A stretch of 62,138 nt of DNA from Welwitschia mirabilis (Eukaryota): positions 19,469,583 to 19,531,720 of the forward strand of contig JBOZIK010000001.1 in the NCBI GenBank assembly GCA_051453625.1, read 5' to 3'. Numbering within the stretch: the stretch's first letter is position 1; each line of letters starts with the position of its first letter. The notes under the pieces were generated by a model. The model did no database searches. It worked only from the letters and a program-made list of their open reading frames with translations, and was not told the origin of the DNA. Below, in pieces: positions 37,721 through 52,489 of this stretch. A program made the position numbers and the translations under genes.

Positions 37721-40700
37721 TTAGTCAAAACCTTGTTGATTGCAAATATTTACACAAAAACACATGCTAGTATAGATGTAAGTTAATTCAAATTTCGTAA
37801 TCCATCAAAGGCAATAAGCTCAAAGTTAGGGAATTGATTTTGATAAATTATTTTTATCTTTTTTTATTAAGGTAAATAAAAATAAGAACAATGTAGAAAT
37901 ATACTGCAAGATAATCCTAATGAAATGCTTATAAATGAAATGCAATCAAAGATACTCTAAGTAATAGATCTACCTGACTACCAATATGTCACCAAGATAG
38001 GCCCTTATAACCTAGATTAATCAAGAAATATTATCACTAGACCTAACCAATGTAGTAGATAAGGTACACCAAACAAAATATAATAGAATGCAACTATTAT
38101 AGTTATGAAAATTCAACATGGAATGAAATGCAATAACTACACTAAAAATGTCAACCTGTTAAAGGTTGCTCTTATGATCTATATCAACTATAAAGCTATC
38201 ACAAAATTATAACCAACATAAATCATAAGGAAAATTTACATCATGAAAATAAAGCAGCTATTTCATAATCTCAAATCAATCATTCACTTACAAAGTAGTA
38301 ACACTTTAATGGAGAATACATAACCCAACACTAAGGAAGATTTTTCTTTGTAGCTATGGATGGATATTTTATCCTTCGATCTCCTGTTACAAGATTTTCA
38401 GGTACAAAAGATGGTTTTTACAAGTGAGGGCAAGGAGATATTTATATCTTTGAAGAAAACCCTAATAGCACAAATAAAATCCTAGCAATACAAATGGATG
38501 CGTGACCTCATTACAAAGTTAGGTGCATCAATTACATAAAATAAATGTCATCTTGACTATCGTCTAGATGACAATGGGGATGGTTTCACATCATAAATGA
38601 TAAGACACTAGCTTTTAACTCTAGTCTAAGTTAGCATCCTTATCAGCTTCTAATGTGCTGTCATCCATTACAGTCATCCGGATGACTATGGGGACGTCAT
38701 CCTTCTAAATTCTTCAACTAAGTAAAATTAACCTCCTAAATCATTATACTTCTCCTTAGAATGCTACATATCAAAATTCGATTGAAATTCCTTCAAATAT
38801 ATTAAAGATTACACATTTCTGTGATCATTTATTGGTTCTTCATAATCGTTGAAACTCTACTTAAACCTATCTAAATGTATTAAAAAAACTCAAAATACCC
38901 AATCACATATATACAATTTGACATCGTAACATAGCCCCTCACTTAGCCTTATTAGTCCCTGACAAAGTGAGTGAACAACAATAATTGTGAGCCAAATTAA
39001 CTAAGATAAATCATAACTAGGTAAACATGAATTTAGTTTATATATCTTATCATGTAGGATTAAATATCAACATCTAATGAAATTTATGTATTACCTTTGC
39101 AGGATGTCTAATTATGCTAGTGTTCAGTATTTCATTCGGATGACCATGTGGATGAGAGGTTCAACAAATCAGAATGATAATTAAGTATGACCATGGGGAT
39201 GAGAGGTTCAACAAATCGGAATGATAATTAAGTACCTTTAAAAATAATCATCAGAAAAATTAGAGTACTATAATCTACATTAGACCCTTTCTTAAAACAT
39301 TTGTCACATCATCATATAAAAATTGAATGTCATACATAAAAATTATTATAAGACATAACCATGATAGCTTAGAAAAATGATGATGTGTATATAATCAAAA
39401 CAAAGATAACTAAAAAATGATGTGTATGAACTAATTAATGCATTTTAAGTATAATCCACAATGTGTAAATACATAAAAAATAATTATAACATTACTCCCT
39501 TTAGGATGCTATAGAGAAGTCTATACAATATATTATAGGTGGACGTGAAGAAGGAAGATGCTTCTTCTTAACTGGAAAATTCATACTGAGAGCTTGATGC
39601 CTAGTTCATGTCCTACTAAATAATATTCATAATGCATATCACACAAATAATATGAAATCATAACCAGACTATCACATCTCATATATGTATCATGAAAGCT
39701 TAAAAATGACTCTCAAAATTAAAATTTTTACTCAAAAATATTTTAAAAGTATGTCTTACCCCCATTTGTAAATTAATAAATCCCATATTGGATTAACATA
39801 AGTTCTTAAGTGTCATCCATCTACATCATCTAGATGACCAGATAGCTTATAAGCTTTAAAGCAGAATTGACAAAAAGTGAAGTCCAGGTAAGGTAAGATA
39901 GTCAATGACAAGAATAGTGAGGTTTCAAAAGATAAGAATCTCATCATGGTAAAAGAGTTGAAAGTTGAAAGAATTTAAGGTAAGATAAAAGGATGTCATG
40001 ATAGGGCAATGATAATGCCCTAAGAAAGAAAAGCAATGCTAAGGAAAATCCTCAAATGTGTCCAAGATTAAAAGAATTCAAGATTAGCAAGTGAATGTGC
40101 TAAACACAAAAAGATGATAAAATAACATAGGGAGAAATTAGCATTACAAAATAAGAAAAAATTATTTGCAAAGTGCTTTAAAAAAAATAGTCAACCCCTA
40201 TGAATAAAATCCGTGATCGAAAAAAACAATAAGAAAACTACTAAATGATAAAGTCATAAGTATTGTGATGAAAAAGTATGGAGTTGACTTTGAAATACTA
40301 AGTAAAATGACTAAGGAAAACAAAATGAAAATCGACAACCAGAAACATGAAGAATATTACATACCTATCCTAAATTTTAACCTAGTAAAGTCCCCCAGTA
40401 GAAGTTACAAAATCACCTGATTAATGATGCATGATATAATGTAAAAACTTCATAAAGTACTACTTGAATAGGTAGTGATTATGATAAGGCCAAGTATATC
40501 TAATGTTTTAAATCAATTAATGATAATATCAAAAGCTACTTAGAAATAGACTCACCTTATTACACCCTAAAACACATCAAAATTCTAAACAGTGAAATGA
40601 TTATGTGAGAGTACTACATGTACTAAGAGTCTAGAAAATAAATAATGCCTCTGATGATACTAAGAACATCATTAATTTCATAGCCTCTAAGTGATTAGTA

Positions 40701-43700
40701 TTATTTCATAATAAGGGTTGTGAAACCACTATTAGAGGAGTAAGAACTCATAAAGCATGATTAAGTAATCCCCCACTAGAGTTTCCATAGTTACCAATAC
40801 TATCAAAGATTCCTCTCAGGAAAATTTACCTAGTATGATAGGATGTCATGGTGACCATGTTTTGTAGCTTAGATAGAAAAGATCATGAGCATTATTGTTT
40901 TTTTTTGAAATAAAACCCACATAACCAAGTACTCTTAAGGACGAGGATGAAATAATTAGATGATAAATAGGGAACCATACATTCAAATAACTAAATACTT
41001 ATACCATTAAGAAATAATAAAAGAATCGAGACATCTTACTTTAGAATGAAGTTCATAGATGTATGAATGTATTAAGATTAGGTGAATCCAATATTATCAC
41101 TTTAAAATTCCTAAGTAAAAGATTGCTACTCATAGTAATTTTATAAAGTGATACATAAGTCAAGTTAAGGATGTTCAAATAATAGCATGACATCCACAAA
41201 AGAAAATGACTAAGGAAGAATGTAGACAATGGTATAAGGGAAGTCCTTCTCATCAACTAGGGATTCCAAGACAAGTGCTTCTATTATGTTCAAGGCTTAA
41301 TTGGTAGGTAACTCATAGAATTTTAACCTTTGTTTATTAACTTTCTAAATTTTATCAATGTTTGGATCAAAGATTTTAAATAATCTATTAGAATGCACTT
41401 TTTCTAAAAGATAAGGATCTAACCATTTAGAGGTTAACTTATTAGGTAAAAGATGCACTCTTGTATTGCACAAAATAACTAATTAACCGAATTTAAGGAA
41501 TGACACATAAAAATAAAAGCCAAGAACAGAGACATATTAACATAAAATAATAAGAAAATACCAAAGAAAGATTAAAATATCAAAAAAAAGTTTTATTCAG
41601 ATCCAACACTTTGTTTAAAAGAAAAAGAAATATTTATTTTTCTAAGGCCATGGTCCTAAGTATTGTACTTTTTAGAAAAATAAGAATCAAACCGAATAGA
41701 GACCAGTTGATAAAACATAAAATATATACAATAATTTTTGAGTAAAATTAGTTGAATGTAAATAAAGTAAAAGGATAAAACCATAATAACAGAAATTTTA
41801 AAATCTAAATAAGAGAAGAAGAAATGATAAATTTCATTAACAAGTAATCTCTTATTGAATCATCATAAATCATAATTATCATTACATAATTCACTCAAGG
41901 AACTACTCAAAGAATGGATCCAACAAATTTTTTAAGGCTTTTTAGGATGTTTAGTGAGATTAAGAAGCTTTCTAATGTCAAACTAAAGATATGGATTTTC
42001 ATCAAGGAGGTAAGGCTTTTTCCAATTTAGAATTTCAAGATATCCCAAGTCATACTTTTGAAAAGAATTATTACTAAAGACATAAGGTAAATTTTACATG
42101 GTAGGAGAAGGAAGAACATTACTTTGAGTATTAGATGGAGTTTTAAGAGAAGGAGATTAAGAGATATTAGGAATAGACTCTTCAAAATTATGGGTTTCAT
42201 TAAAATCAAGGAAAGTGTCTTTGAGAATTGCATGAATGTTCAAATGGAAGAGATGGAAAAATGTTACTATTGTCAAGATCACAAAATAAAATAAAAGTAG
42301 AAGTAGAAAAAAGGATGTTATTTGGAGTTTTAGATAAAAGAAAAAGTAGAAGATATAGAGAAACATGGCTAAAATATTCAGATTGGTTTGTTGCATTGGA
42401 ATGAACAAGTCTATCCTCTAGTAAGTTTGACTAAATCTCTATAAGCCCTTTATTATGTTTCTTTTCTTCATTGTTATCTTCATCATTACTTTGTTGAATT
42501 GTTTCTTCACTTTTCTTATCATTATCTTTGACTATATCTTCCTTCTCTTGTTGAGTATTATTGTTATTTTCCAAGTTGTTAGATTCATTAAAGAGATCAT
42601 AAAGACAAATTTGTTCATCATCTTCTTCCTTATCCTCCTGTTTTTCATCACGTTATTTCATTTCATTATTCTCCAAATTATTAGATTTATCAAAAAGTTC
42701 ATAAAGAGAAATGTGATCATTATCTCCATTATGGACTAAAAATTTTCATATTATTCATAAAATAATTCCTCTATTTCATCTGGATTTTCCAGTAGTAAAT
42801 TAATTCCAAGGATATAATCTAGTATCTTAATTTCATCATCTGATGAATAATCATCCTCATCCTTATTTAATAATTGAGTTGAATCATCAATGTCTTTATT
42901 TTGATCATCTCCTAACAAGTGGGATGTTGTAATTTGATTTAAAATTTCATTTTTCTATTTTAAAGCAAGAATTGTTGCCACTTGTTCCTAAGTTTTTCTC
43001 ATTTTTCTCAAGGTGGAATGCAGTAAAACAACTAGAATAAGTTTTAAAATGTTACGTTGTAAAAGAATCTTGAGATAGTTGACTTTATAACATAGTTTGT
43101 TAAAAGATCCTAATTAGATTTTCTATGTTCTTGCTTTGATTTTCTAAATTTTTGTTTGTATTTTCTTATGTCTTCTTCGTTTCTTTAATTGACTCATGAA
43201 GGGAATCTTCATATTTTTCATAATAATTCATGGAAAATGGTTGGGCTTTGCTAAAATAATTTTAAGATGATTTTCTAAATGAGGTGGAATCCCTAAAATG
43301 TTGAAAGTATTTATTATTATTTCTACATGAAGCCTAAAAAGAAGAGGGGAAAAAATAAGAAGATTAAAAAGAGGAAGGGGTCCAATTCCTAGTCTTAACA
43401 TCATTTAGTATTATCCATCCTCTTTCTACAAAAATTTCTGAAAGTGTTCTTTTATCATTATTTTTCAAAAATTCTCAAGTTTCTCCTTCTTTCTATAAAA
43501 ATTTCTTAAAGTATCATTTTATCTCTATTCATAGAAATAGATAAGAAAGATGAAACAATAAGAATTAATTATCATGTTAACAAAGATAAGTACAATTGCT
43601 CTGATATTTCATATTTTTACTAGAATTGTTTAGATCCTTAATACTTTAAAAAAAAAAAATCCTTGCATAAACTTCATCTTGCATGTTGTCTGGACGATGT

Positions 43701-45337
43701 TCTAGGACAATCACTTATATAGAAATAAAAAATGAAAGCAGAGAAAGATAGATTCATAGGGGAAAAAAAAGAGAATAAAAATAACACTAACACTCATCTG
43801 CTTAGTTGTCTAGATGATAAAAGAGATGATATTAACTTTATTACACAACTAAAAATAAAAAACCCTAGTTTGCAAAAAGAATAAAATCCTTAGTTATGGG
43901 CCATCATCCACGTGAGTCACTTAGATAATAGTGGGGATAAAAAGGTGTTATTTGCATTATGAAAATAAAAAATTGTATAAATAAAACTATAGAGTGTAGA
44001 ATAAAAGTACAATGCTATTACAAACAAATAACTTGAATTAAATTCTAAGGTACTTATCTATTGTAGCAACAATCTTCTAGCTCCTTGTGGTCTTCCCTGG
44101 TAATGACATCAAAATGTTATGGTGCATATTTATGCATTTTTAAGTCCTTAGGTAAAACCCTATTAATCACAAATATTTGCACAAAACACACACTAGTATA
44201 GATAAGAGTTAACCCAAATGTCGTAAGCTATTAAAGGTACTAGGCTTGAAGTTAGAGCATTGATTTTAATAAAGTATTTTTATCTTTTTTAATTTAAGTA
44301 AATGAAAATAAGAATAAAGCAGAAATACAATGCAAGATAACACTAATGCAATGCTTATAAATGAAATATAGTTTACTCGACTGCCAATCTCTATTACTAA
44401 AATCAACCCTTATAACCCAGATCAATCAGGAAATACTATTACTAGATCATAACCAACATAGGAAACAAGTTACATCAAATAAAATATAATGGAATTCAAT
44501 TATTATAGTTATGAAAATGCAAGATCAAATGAAACACAAATACTAAAATAACGATATCAACCTATCAAAAGTTTCCCTTATGACCTATATCAGCTATAAA
44601 GCTTTCATAGAATTATAACCAACATAAACCATAAAAAAGATGTACATAATGAAAATAAAATAACTATTTCATTAATCTTGAATCAAGAATTCACTTACAA
44701 AGCAACAACACCTCAATGGAGGATACACAACCCAACACTAAGGAAGACTTCCCTATGTAGCTATAGATGGATCTCCTGCCCTTTGATCTTCATCACAAGA
44801 TTGTCAAGTATAAAAGATGGTCTTTACAAGTGAGGGCAATGAGATATTTACATCTTTTACATAGAAAACCCTAGGAATAAAATCCTAGTAGTAAGAACAA
44901 AACCTAGCAACACAAAGGGGCACGTGACCCCATTACAAAGTTAGGTGCATAGGTTACATAAAATAAATGACATTTTGACTATCATCTAGATGATCATGGG
45001 TACGATGACATTAGCTTCTAGCTCTAGTCTAAGTTAGCATCCTTGTTAGCTTCTAATGTGCTATCATCCATTACTGTCATCTAGACGACTATAAGTATGT
45101 CATCCTTTTGAATTATCCAACTAAGTAAAACCAGCCTCTTAGATCATTATAATCCTCCTCAAAATGCTAATGATTAGAATTTTCTTGAAATGCCTTTAAA
45201 TGTGCTAACGATTACACATTTTTATGATCAGCTTATTTGTTCTTCATAATCATTGAAACTCCACTTAAACCTATGTAGATGTTCTAAAAAAGTACTCAAA
45301 ATACCCCATCAAATATATACAATTTGACATTGCAAGA
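37721..45337 (-). mobile_element. Athila-like Ty3/gypsy element, internally deleted
   Basis: ~1.2-kb LTRs at ~37721-38931 (outer ~33 bp missing) and 44115-45337. PPT 38932-46. PBS 44094-44111 differs from Athila-type TGGCGCCGTTGCCGGGGA only by transitions. Integrase tail KLTSKWLDPY...NKQRLKFY at ~41310-41440; acidic low-complexity tract ~42450-42900; no RT motifs seen. Confidence 0.82.
39141..39234. repeat. 47-bp tandem duplication
   Basis: tgaccatg(t/g)ggatgagaggttcaacaaatc(a/g)gaatgataattaagta, two copies. Confidence 0.88.
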
Positions 45338-46101
45338 TTCAAGTTAAAGAGCAAATGCTTTTTAGGATTCCTTTACTAAATACCTATCATGTATAATATT
45401 TAAGAGTTAATGATATCTTATACATTTACAAAATTTATCTTAGCCTAGTTACAAGCCTAGTTACAAATAACCACAACATGCATTTAGTGATAAGATTCTA
45501 AAGCTTTTGTAAAAATACTTATCTATTACACCTACAAAGGACATAAATTTTTTAGTATTGTAAGTAGAAGTAGACCTCTATCTTATCTATTTTATTTTAC
45601 CTACTAGGCTTGTCTCTTCATTTGGATCTAATCATATAGAATTTTATATTTAAAAGTAATTTAACTCTTGTTACAACATCTTTTACACTATAAATTATCT
45701 TATTTTTAGTTTTGTTTAAGTTATCTTGATGAATCTCTTTTTTCTATTATTCTTTTTCTTAATTGACCTTTCCATTGTTGTTACCTTGATACACCCTTTA
45801 ATCTTGCTTTTTTTAATTACTACTATAATGTGCTTCATGCTCTATCATATTAGTGTTAGTGCCATTCCATGTATGAGTATGATAGTTCTTATCAAGATTT
45901 ATTAGCATTTGAATAATATTCTTAAACTTTATGGCCTTCAACTTTATAGTTACTAATAATGTCATGATGACCTAATTGTAGGCAGGTATTGTTATAACAC
46001 TTTATATCAAAAATGCCGAAGTCATAAACTATTGCTTATAGTATTTGTCAAAAATTTACTTGGTTTCTTGCATTTAATTTATAACTTTTAAGGTTTTACC
46101 C

Positions 46102-49100
46102 TATTAGGATTTTATTTTTTCCATTTGATGTCAAACTAATATGATATTTGTAGAATGAAAAGTGATTTACAGGTGCAAGAAACTACCAAATCAATATCCA
46201 AGAGATAGCAAAATTTGGACATGTTCTAATTAAAGTAACTTGAGTTTCTGTTCAAGGACTTAATGTAGGAGCCAATCAAACTTGGAAATATGCATTTTGG
46301 GCTATTTCATATGGGGTCGACAAAATTTTTAAGGGGTTGAATGGATATGAACATGTAGTTTTTAAGCTTTCCAATACGTACTATGTCTCATGGGGTCGAC
46401 CGAACTCATGTGGGGTCAATCAGACCTGGAGGAAAGCGGTCGACCGGATTTTAATGGGGTTGACCAAACCTATAACCTGAGAGTTAGTATACTTGAACTG
46501 AATGGAAAGGGATCAACCAGATGTTTCGAGGAGTCAACCAGATAGTGCAAAAGCAGAAATTTTAAAGTGGTTTTCTAACCATTGCTTCACCAAATATATC
46601 CATTACAAATGTCAAATTAGTGCCTATCTAGTTAAACGGTTATATTTTAGGGAAATCTATAAATAAGAGGCAATATTAAAAAACCCTAGAGCTTGAGATT
46701 GAATTGGATTTTTGGAAAGGAAGGTTTCACTCTTGATCTAAAGGGCTTATCTGTGTATTATCATTCTTATCTCACTTAGCACTTATCTTTGTATCAGATC
46801 TGAGTATTAAGGCTCTATTACTAGTTCTTTTACTTGAGTGATCTAGAGCATTAAGGCTTCATTCTATCACTCACCATTATGCATTTCTAAAGGTTGAAAC
46901 TTAGCCTGTAAAAGCTTATTTGAAGAGGTTGAAACTTAGCCTGCAAAAGTCTGCTTTGTAAGGGTTACAAGTAAACCTGGAAAAACCTATGAAGTAACAG
47001 AGATCCGAGATCAAGCTTGGAAGAAGCTAATCGTCAAGAGTGGAATAGGATATATCTTGAACCACTATAAATCTTGTCTTATGATTTTATTTTGGTTCTT
47101 CTTTTTATTTTGTTTTGTTATATCTTTTTATGCATAATTCCTTTTGATAGCAATAATTGTTTGAATATTTTAGAAGTCCTATTTACCCTCCACTCTAGGG
47201 TTCACAATCCTGCAATTGGTATTAGAGCTCTAGATTAAGTAAAAACTAAGATTTTAACCAATCTGTGACTTAATAGCCCTAGTCATGGGTTTTCTTACAG
47301 AAGGTTTCTCTATTTCTAGACCTCCATTATTTAATGGAATAAACTATGGATACTGGAAGGCTAGAATGACGATTTTCTTAAGATTTCTTGATTTAGATTA
47401 TGAGAATATTTATTCACAGGTTATAGCCATCCTATCATAACTCCAAAGGATGTTAATGGCAATTTTTTTGGAGTATTGAAACCAAAAGATAAATGGACTA
47501 GATTAGATAAAGCTAATGCTACTATTGATGCTCGTACTTTGAATGTAATTTTTTGAGCTATGAATGAAAATGAGTTTAAGAGGATAGCAAGCTACTAAAC
47601 TGCTAAAGAAGCATGGGATATTCTTGCTGTTACTCATGAAGGAACATCCATTATCAAGAAAGTAAAGATGCAAATGCTACTTCCAAAATTTGAAGAGATT
47701 AAGATGGATGAGGAAGATACTCTTCAGGAATTCTTTATGGATCTAATGAACATTACAAACTCAATGGCAAGCCTTGGAAAAAAGATGAAGAAAGTCAAGA
47801 TAGTAAGGAAAATTTTAAGATCCCTTCCAAACAGATTTGAACCGAAGGTGACTGCGATTGAAAAAAGTAAAGATCTCAGCAAGATGCCACTGGAAGAACT
47901 ATAAGGTAACCTTCAAAATTATGAGTTAAATTTTTTTAAGAATAGAAAGAAGAGTTTTTCTTTTAAAAACATGTAGGAAGAAAGCTCACATGAAGAACCT
48001 GAAGAACATGGGATATTATCNNNNNNNNNNTCATGGCACATGTGAATCCTACTACTCAATCACCAAAATTCTTTGAGCATGATGATTTGGACACGAGTGA
48101 AGATGAAAAAGAGGAGGATGTTGAAGATACATGTATTAAACTATATCAAGAATGTGAAAGGCTTGCTACAAAAGTCAATGAACTGAAAAATATCATCAAG
48201 GAGTTAAGAAGGGAGAATGAATCCATGAATCAAAGAGACAAAGAGGTTCAAGAAGAGAATACAAGTCTCATGAAGAAGTTAAGCCAATATTCACAACTTT
48301 TAAGTAGATTTATAGAAGGATCAAAGAAGCTTAAGAAGATGCTTAGATTAGGACAACTTGCACATGAAAAAAGGGGTATTGGATTTGGAGGCAACAGTAN
48401 NNNNNNNNNNNNNNNNNNNNNNNNNNNNNNNNNNNNNNNNNNNNNNNNNNNNNNNNNNNNNNNNNNNNNNNNNNNNNNNNNNNNNNNNNNNNNNNNNNNN
48501 NNNNNNNNNNNNNNNNNNNNNNNNNNNNNNNNNNNNNNNNNNNNNNNNNNNNNNNNNNNNNNNNNNNNNNNNNNNNNNNNNNNNNNNNNNNNNNNNNNNN
48601 NNNNNNNNNNNNNNNNNNNNNNNNNNNNNNNNNNNNNNNNNNNNNNNNNNNNNNNNNNNNNNNNNNNNNNNNNNNNNNNNNNNNNNNNNNNNNNNNNNNN
48701 NNNNNNNNNNNNNNNNNNNNNNNNNNNNNNNNNNNNNNNNNNNNNNNNNNNNNNNNNNNNNNNNNNNNNNNNNNNNNNNNNNNNNNNNNNNNNNNNNNNN
48801 NNNNNNNNNNNNNNNNNNNNNNNNNNNNNNNNNNNNNNNNNNNNATCATTTTTATTTGTGGACTTTATGCATTTGAAAATTATCATCTTAATGACATACT
48901 TGCTTTACTTATAATGCAAATTAGTTATATATACTAGCACAATCTTTATCTCACTTTGCATCATTTGGCATATTTCATTTGATAGTATGAAATTATATGT
49001 GATTGTTTTGGAAAATATTAAAATAGTTATCTCAATTAAAAATGAACCAAAATATGTGTATCTTTGAAATTTATGATTGTATCTAATCACATATCAAATT

Positions 49101-51189
49101 ATTATTTGGTATCATTGTGTTTTTGCAATTTGTACATATTCAAAATTTGTCACATTTCCAAAGCACAAAAACATTATCTATTCAAAATGCTCTAAAGGTG
49201 TATTAAATTTTTGGATTATTACTTTTACATATAGTATCAAGATAGGGGGAGAAAATGTAGTGCTCTCAAAGTAGTTTTGTTGAACTATTTTGTCAAAAGG
49301 GGAGAAATGATTATTTATTTTATTCTATGCTTAAAATGCTTATATGCCTTGATGTAAGAGGGAGTTTTATTATAATATGCCTCAAACTTGTGTGGTGAAA
49401 GCTTAAATATGTTTAATTTTAAAATCACTTATTCTTTACCATTGATGTCAAAGGGGAAGAGAACATGGTGACTATATATTATTTATATGGCTTTGTGAAA
49501 GGGGCAGATTTTATTATGTTAATATGCCTTGTTAAGATGAAATTTTTATTTGGTCTAGAAATTACTTATTTATTTGCCATCAATGTAAAAAGGTGAGATT
49601 ATTAGGATTTTATTTTTGCCATTTGATGTGAAACTAATATGATATTTGTAGAATGAAAAGTAATTTTACAAGTGCAAGAAAGTGCCAGATCAATATCCAA
49701 GAGATAACAAGATTTGGACATGTTCTGATTAAAGTAACTTGAGTTTCTATCTAAGGACTTAATGTAGGAGCTAATCAAACTTGAAAATATGCATTTTTGG
49801 TTATTTCATATGGGGTCGACTAGATTTTTGAGGGGTCGACCAAATATGAACATGTAGTGTTCAAGATTTCCAATATATACTATGTCCGATGGGATCGACC
49901 GGACTCATGTGGGGTCGACTGGACCAAGAGGAAAGCGGTCGACCAGATTCTGATGAGGTTGACTGGACCTATAACTTGAGAGTCAGTATACTTGAACCGA
50001 ATGGAAAGGGATCGACCAGATGTTTTAAGGAATCGACTGGATAATGTGGAAGCGAAAATTTTAAAGCAGTTTTCTAACCATTACTTCACCAAATATATCC
50101 ATTACAAATGTCAAATTCATGCCTATCTAGTTAAACAATTATATTTTGGGAAAATCTATAAATAAAAGGCAACACTCAAAAAACCTAGAGCTTAAGATTG
50201 AATTGTATTTTTGAAAAGAAAGGTTGAACTCTTGATCTNNNNNNNNNNNNNNNNNNNNNNNNNNNNNNNNNNNNNNNNNNNNNNNNNNNNNNNNNNNNNN
50301 NNNNNNNNNNNNNNNNNNNNNNNNNNNNNNNNNNNNNNNNNNNNNNNNNNNNNNNNNNNNNNNNNNNNNNNNNNNNNNNNNNNNNNNNNNNNNNNNNNNN
50401 NNNNNNNNNNNNNNNNNNNNNNNNNNNNNNNNNNNNNNNNNNNNNNNNNNNNNNNNNNNNNNNNNNNNNNNNNNNNNNNNNNNNNNNNNNNNNNNNNNNN
50501 NNNNNNNNNNNNNNNNNNNNNNNNNNNNNNNNNNNNNNNNNNNNNNNNNNNNNNNNNNNNNNNNNNNNNNNNNNNNNNNNNNNNNNNNNNNNNNNNNNNN
50601 NNNNNNNNNNNNNNNNNNNNNNNNNNNNNNNNNNNNNNNNNNNNNNNNNNNNNNNNNNNNNNNNNNNNNNNNNNNNNNNNNNNNNNNNNNNNNNNNNNNN
50701 NNNNNNNNNNNNNNNNNNNNNNNNNNNNNNNNNNNNNNNNNNNNNNNNNNNNNNNNNNNNNNNNNNNNNNNNNNNNNNNNNNNNNNNNNNNNNNNNNNNN
50801 NNNNNNNNNNNNNNNNNNNNNNNNNNNNNNNNNNNNNNNNNNNNNNNNNNNNNNNNNNNNNNNNNNNNNNNNNNNNNNNNNNNNNNNNNNNNNNNNNNNN
50901 NNNNNNNNNNNNNNNNNNNNNNNNNNNNNNNNNNNNNNNNNNNNNNNNNNNNNNNNNNNNNNNNNNNNNNNNNNNNNGAGATCAAGCTTGGAAGAAGCTG
51001 ATCATCGAGAGTGGAGTAGGGTGTATTCTGAACCACTATAAATCTTGTCTTGTACTTTTATTTTGATTTTGCTTTTTATTTTTCTTTGTTATATCTTTTT
51101 ATGCATAATTCCTTTTGATAGCAATAATTGTTTGAATATTTTAGAAGTTCTATTTACCCCCCCTCTTCTTTAGGGTTCACGATCCTGTA
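46102..51189 (+). mobile_element. SIRE (Sirevirus)-like Ty1/copia element, short internal region
   Basis: Perfect TSD TACCC. LTRs at 46102-47214 and 49600-51189 (gapped). PBS tggtattagagc at 47217-28. Gag from 47285 (MGFLTEGFSISRPPLFNGINYGYWKARMTIFL; ORF 47668-47904 KILRSLPNRFEPKVTAIE). Multiple PPT-like tracts at 49241-49599, repeated GGTCGAC palindromes and a C-rich U5 motif. Confidence 0.92.
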
Positions 51190-52489
51190 TACCCCATTTC
51201 ATTTACATACTATTCATTCTATTCAATAGACAAATAAAATCAATGTCTAATATGTTTACTAAAATCTATTAGAGGCATCTCTATAATTTCTCATGAAGTA
51301 TCACATTTTTATATCACCTTACAATCACATTTATCTATGATTATAAGAATGAAAGATGTCAAAATTTCTTATATTTGATGGTCTCAAATTGATGAGTTTA
51401 CTTTAAATTATAGTGATGAAAGATTATTCTCTCTAGATTTGCTTTGTTCATCTATTCAGAATTAACTACTATGATGGGTTTACTACATCATATATTTTAA
51501 TTTTACTTCCCTTATAAGCTAATACCAATGTCTATCCAAAAGTAGGCTAATATTTTTAATGACCACTTATGTTAACCCATCTACATACCATCCCATAGTT
51601 GAGTAAAAAAGATGACAAGAAAGACCTATATGTCCTTTCTTGTTATTAGTTATACTACTTGAAGTGATTTTGCTAACCTTATATACTTCAAAACCATTAG
51701 ATTTTATCCTTATAAGTTTTCAGATTTTTTAAATACTAGTTGCTTTTAAGTAGTGTGAGATCTAAATTATTTGTATTGCACACTTCCACATTTTCACAAA
51801 TTACATAGCCACAAGTGAAAAATCATAGTTATTAATATATAACTACTAATACCTCTGTTATCTCACCTAGAAAAATGTCCATTTGTGATGGTTAAAGATA
51901 TCTTTTTAATCCTATAAAATAAAAAAAATTTAAATAATTAACTCAAAACTCTATAGAAAGTAACAAATCTACTATTTCTCTAGTCTCGACATGATTATGT
52001 TTTGGGGTTTTTTAAGTCTTGGGGGAACTTATATTTTTCTTTTACCCTAAAAGCTCTTTTAATTAGCATATGACTAAGTTAGGTACACCAAAAATCCTTT
52101 GATACCTAATTACTAAAAAGTCAAAAGAAAAGAGAAACATTAAAAGAACTAAAAATATCTATTAAGAAAATAAAAAATATGCTTTATATGATAAGTTTAA
52201 TTTAAAATGAAATAATAAAGTAAGATTACAAGATGATTTAAAATATCTTAAAGATGTCCATCATAAGTGGAAAATTTCACACACACACATACACACACCT
52301 CCCACAACTCACATACCACTCCTAGTTGGGTGCATTAATTCTTATGTTAATGCATTATGTTAATGAAGAACATTAACACATCTATGCTAACAGTTTATTT
52401 TTGTGACAAGTTATATTAATTTGAACTCGACTCTTATGCATGTTTATGATGCAATCTTACATTATTACAATGGACCCAAAGGTCTTATA

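Noticed and set aside
42455..42739. Hydrophobic 94-aa ORF resembling a membrane protein
   Set aside because: It is the antisense reading of an acidic, purine-rich low-complexity tract inside the Athila-like element.
46310..46545. CRISPR-like repeat/spacer appearance of the GGTCGAC motifs
   Set aside because: The repeats are under 12 bp, irregularly spaced and inside a plant LTR, with no cas genes.
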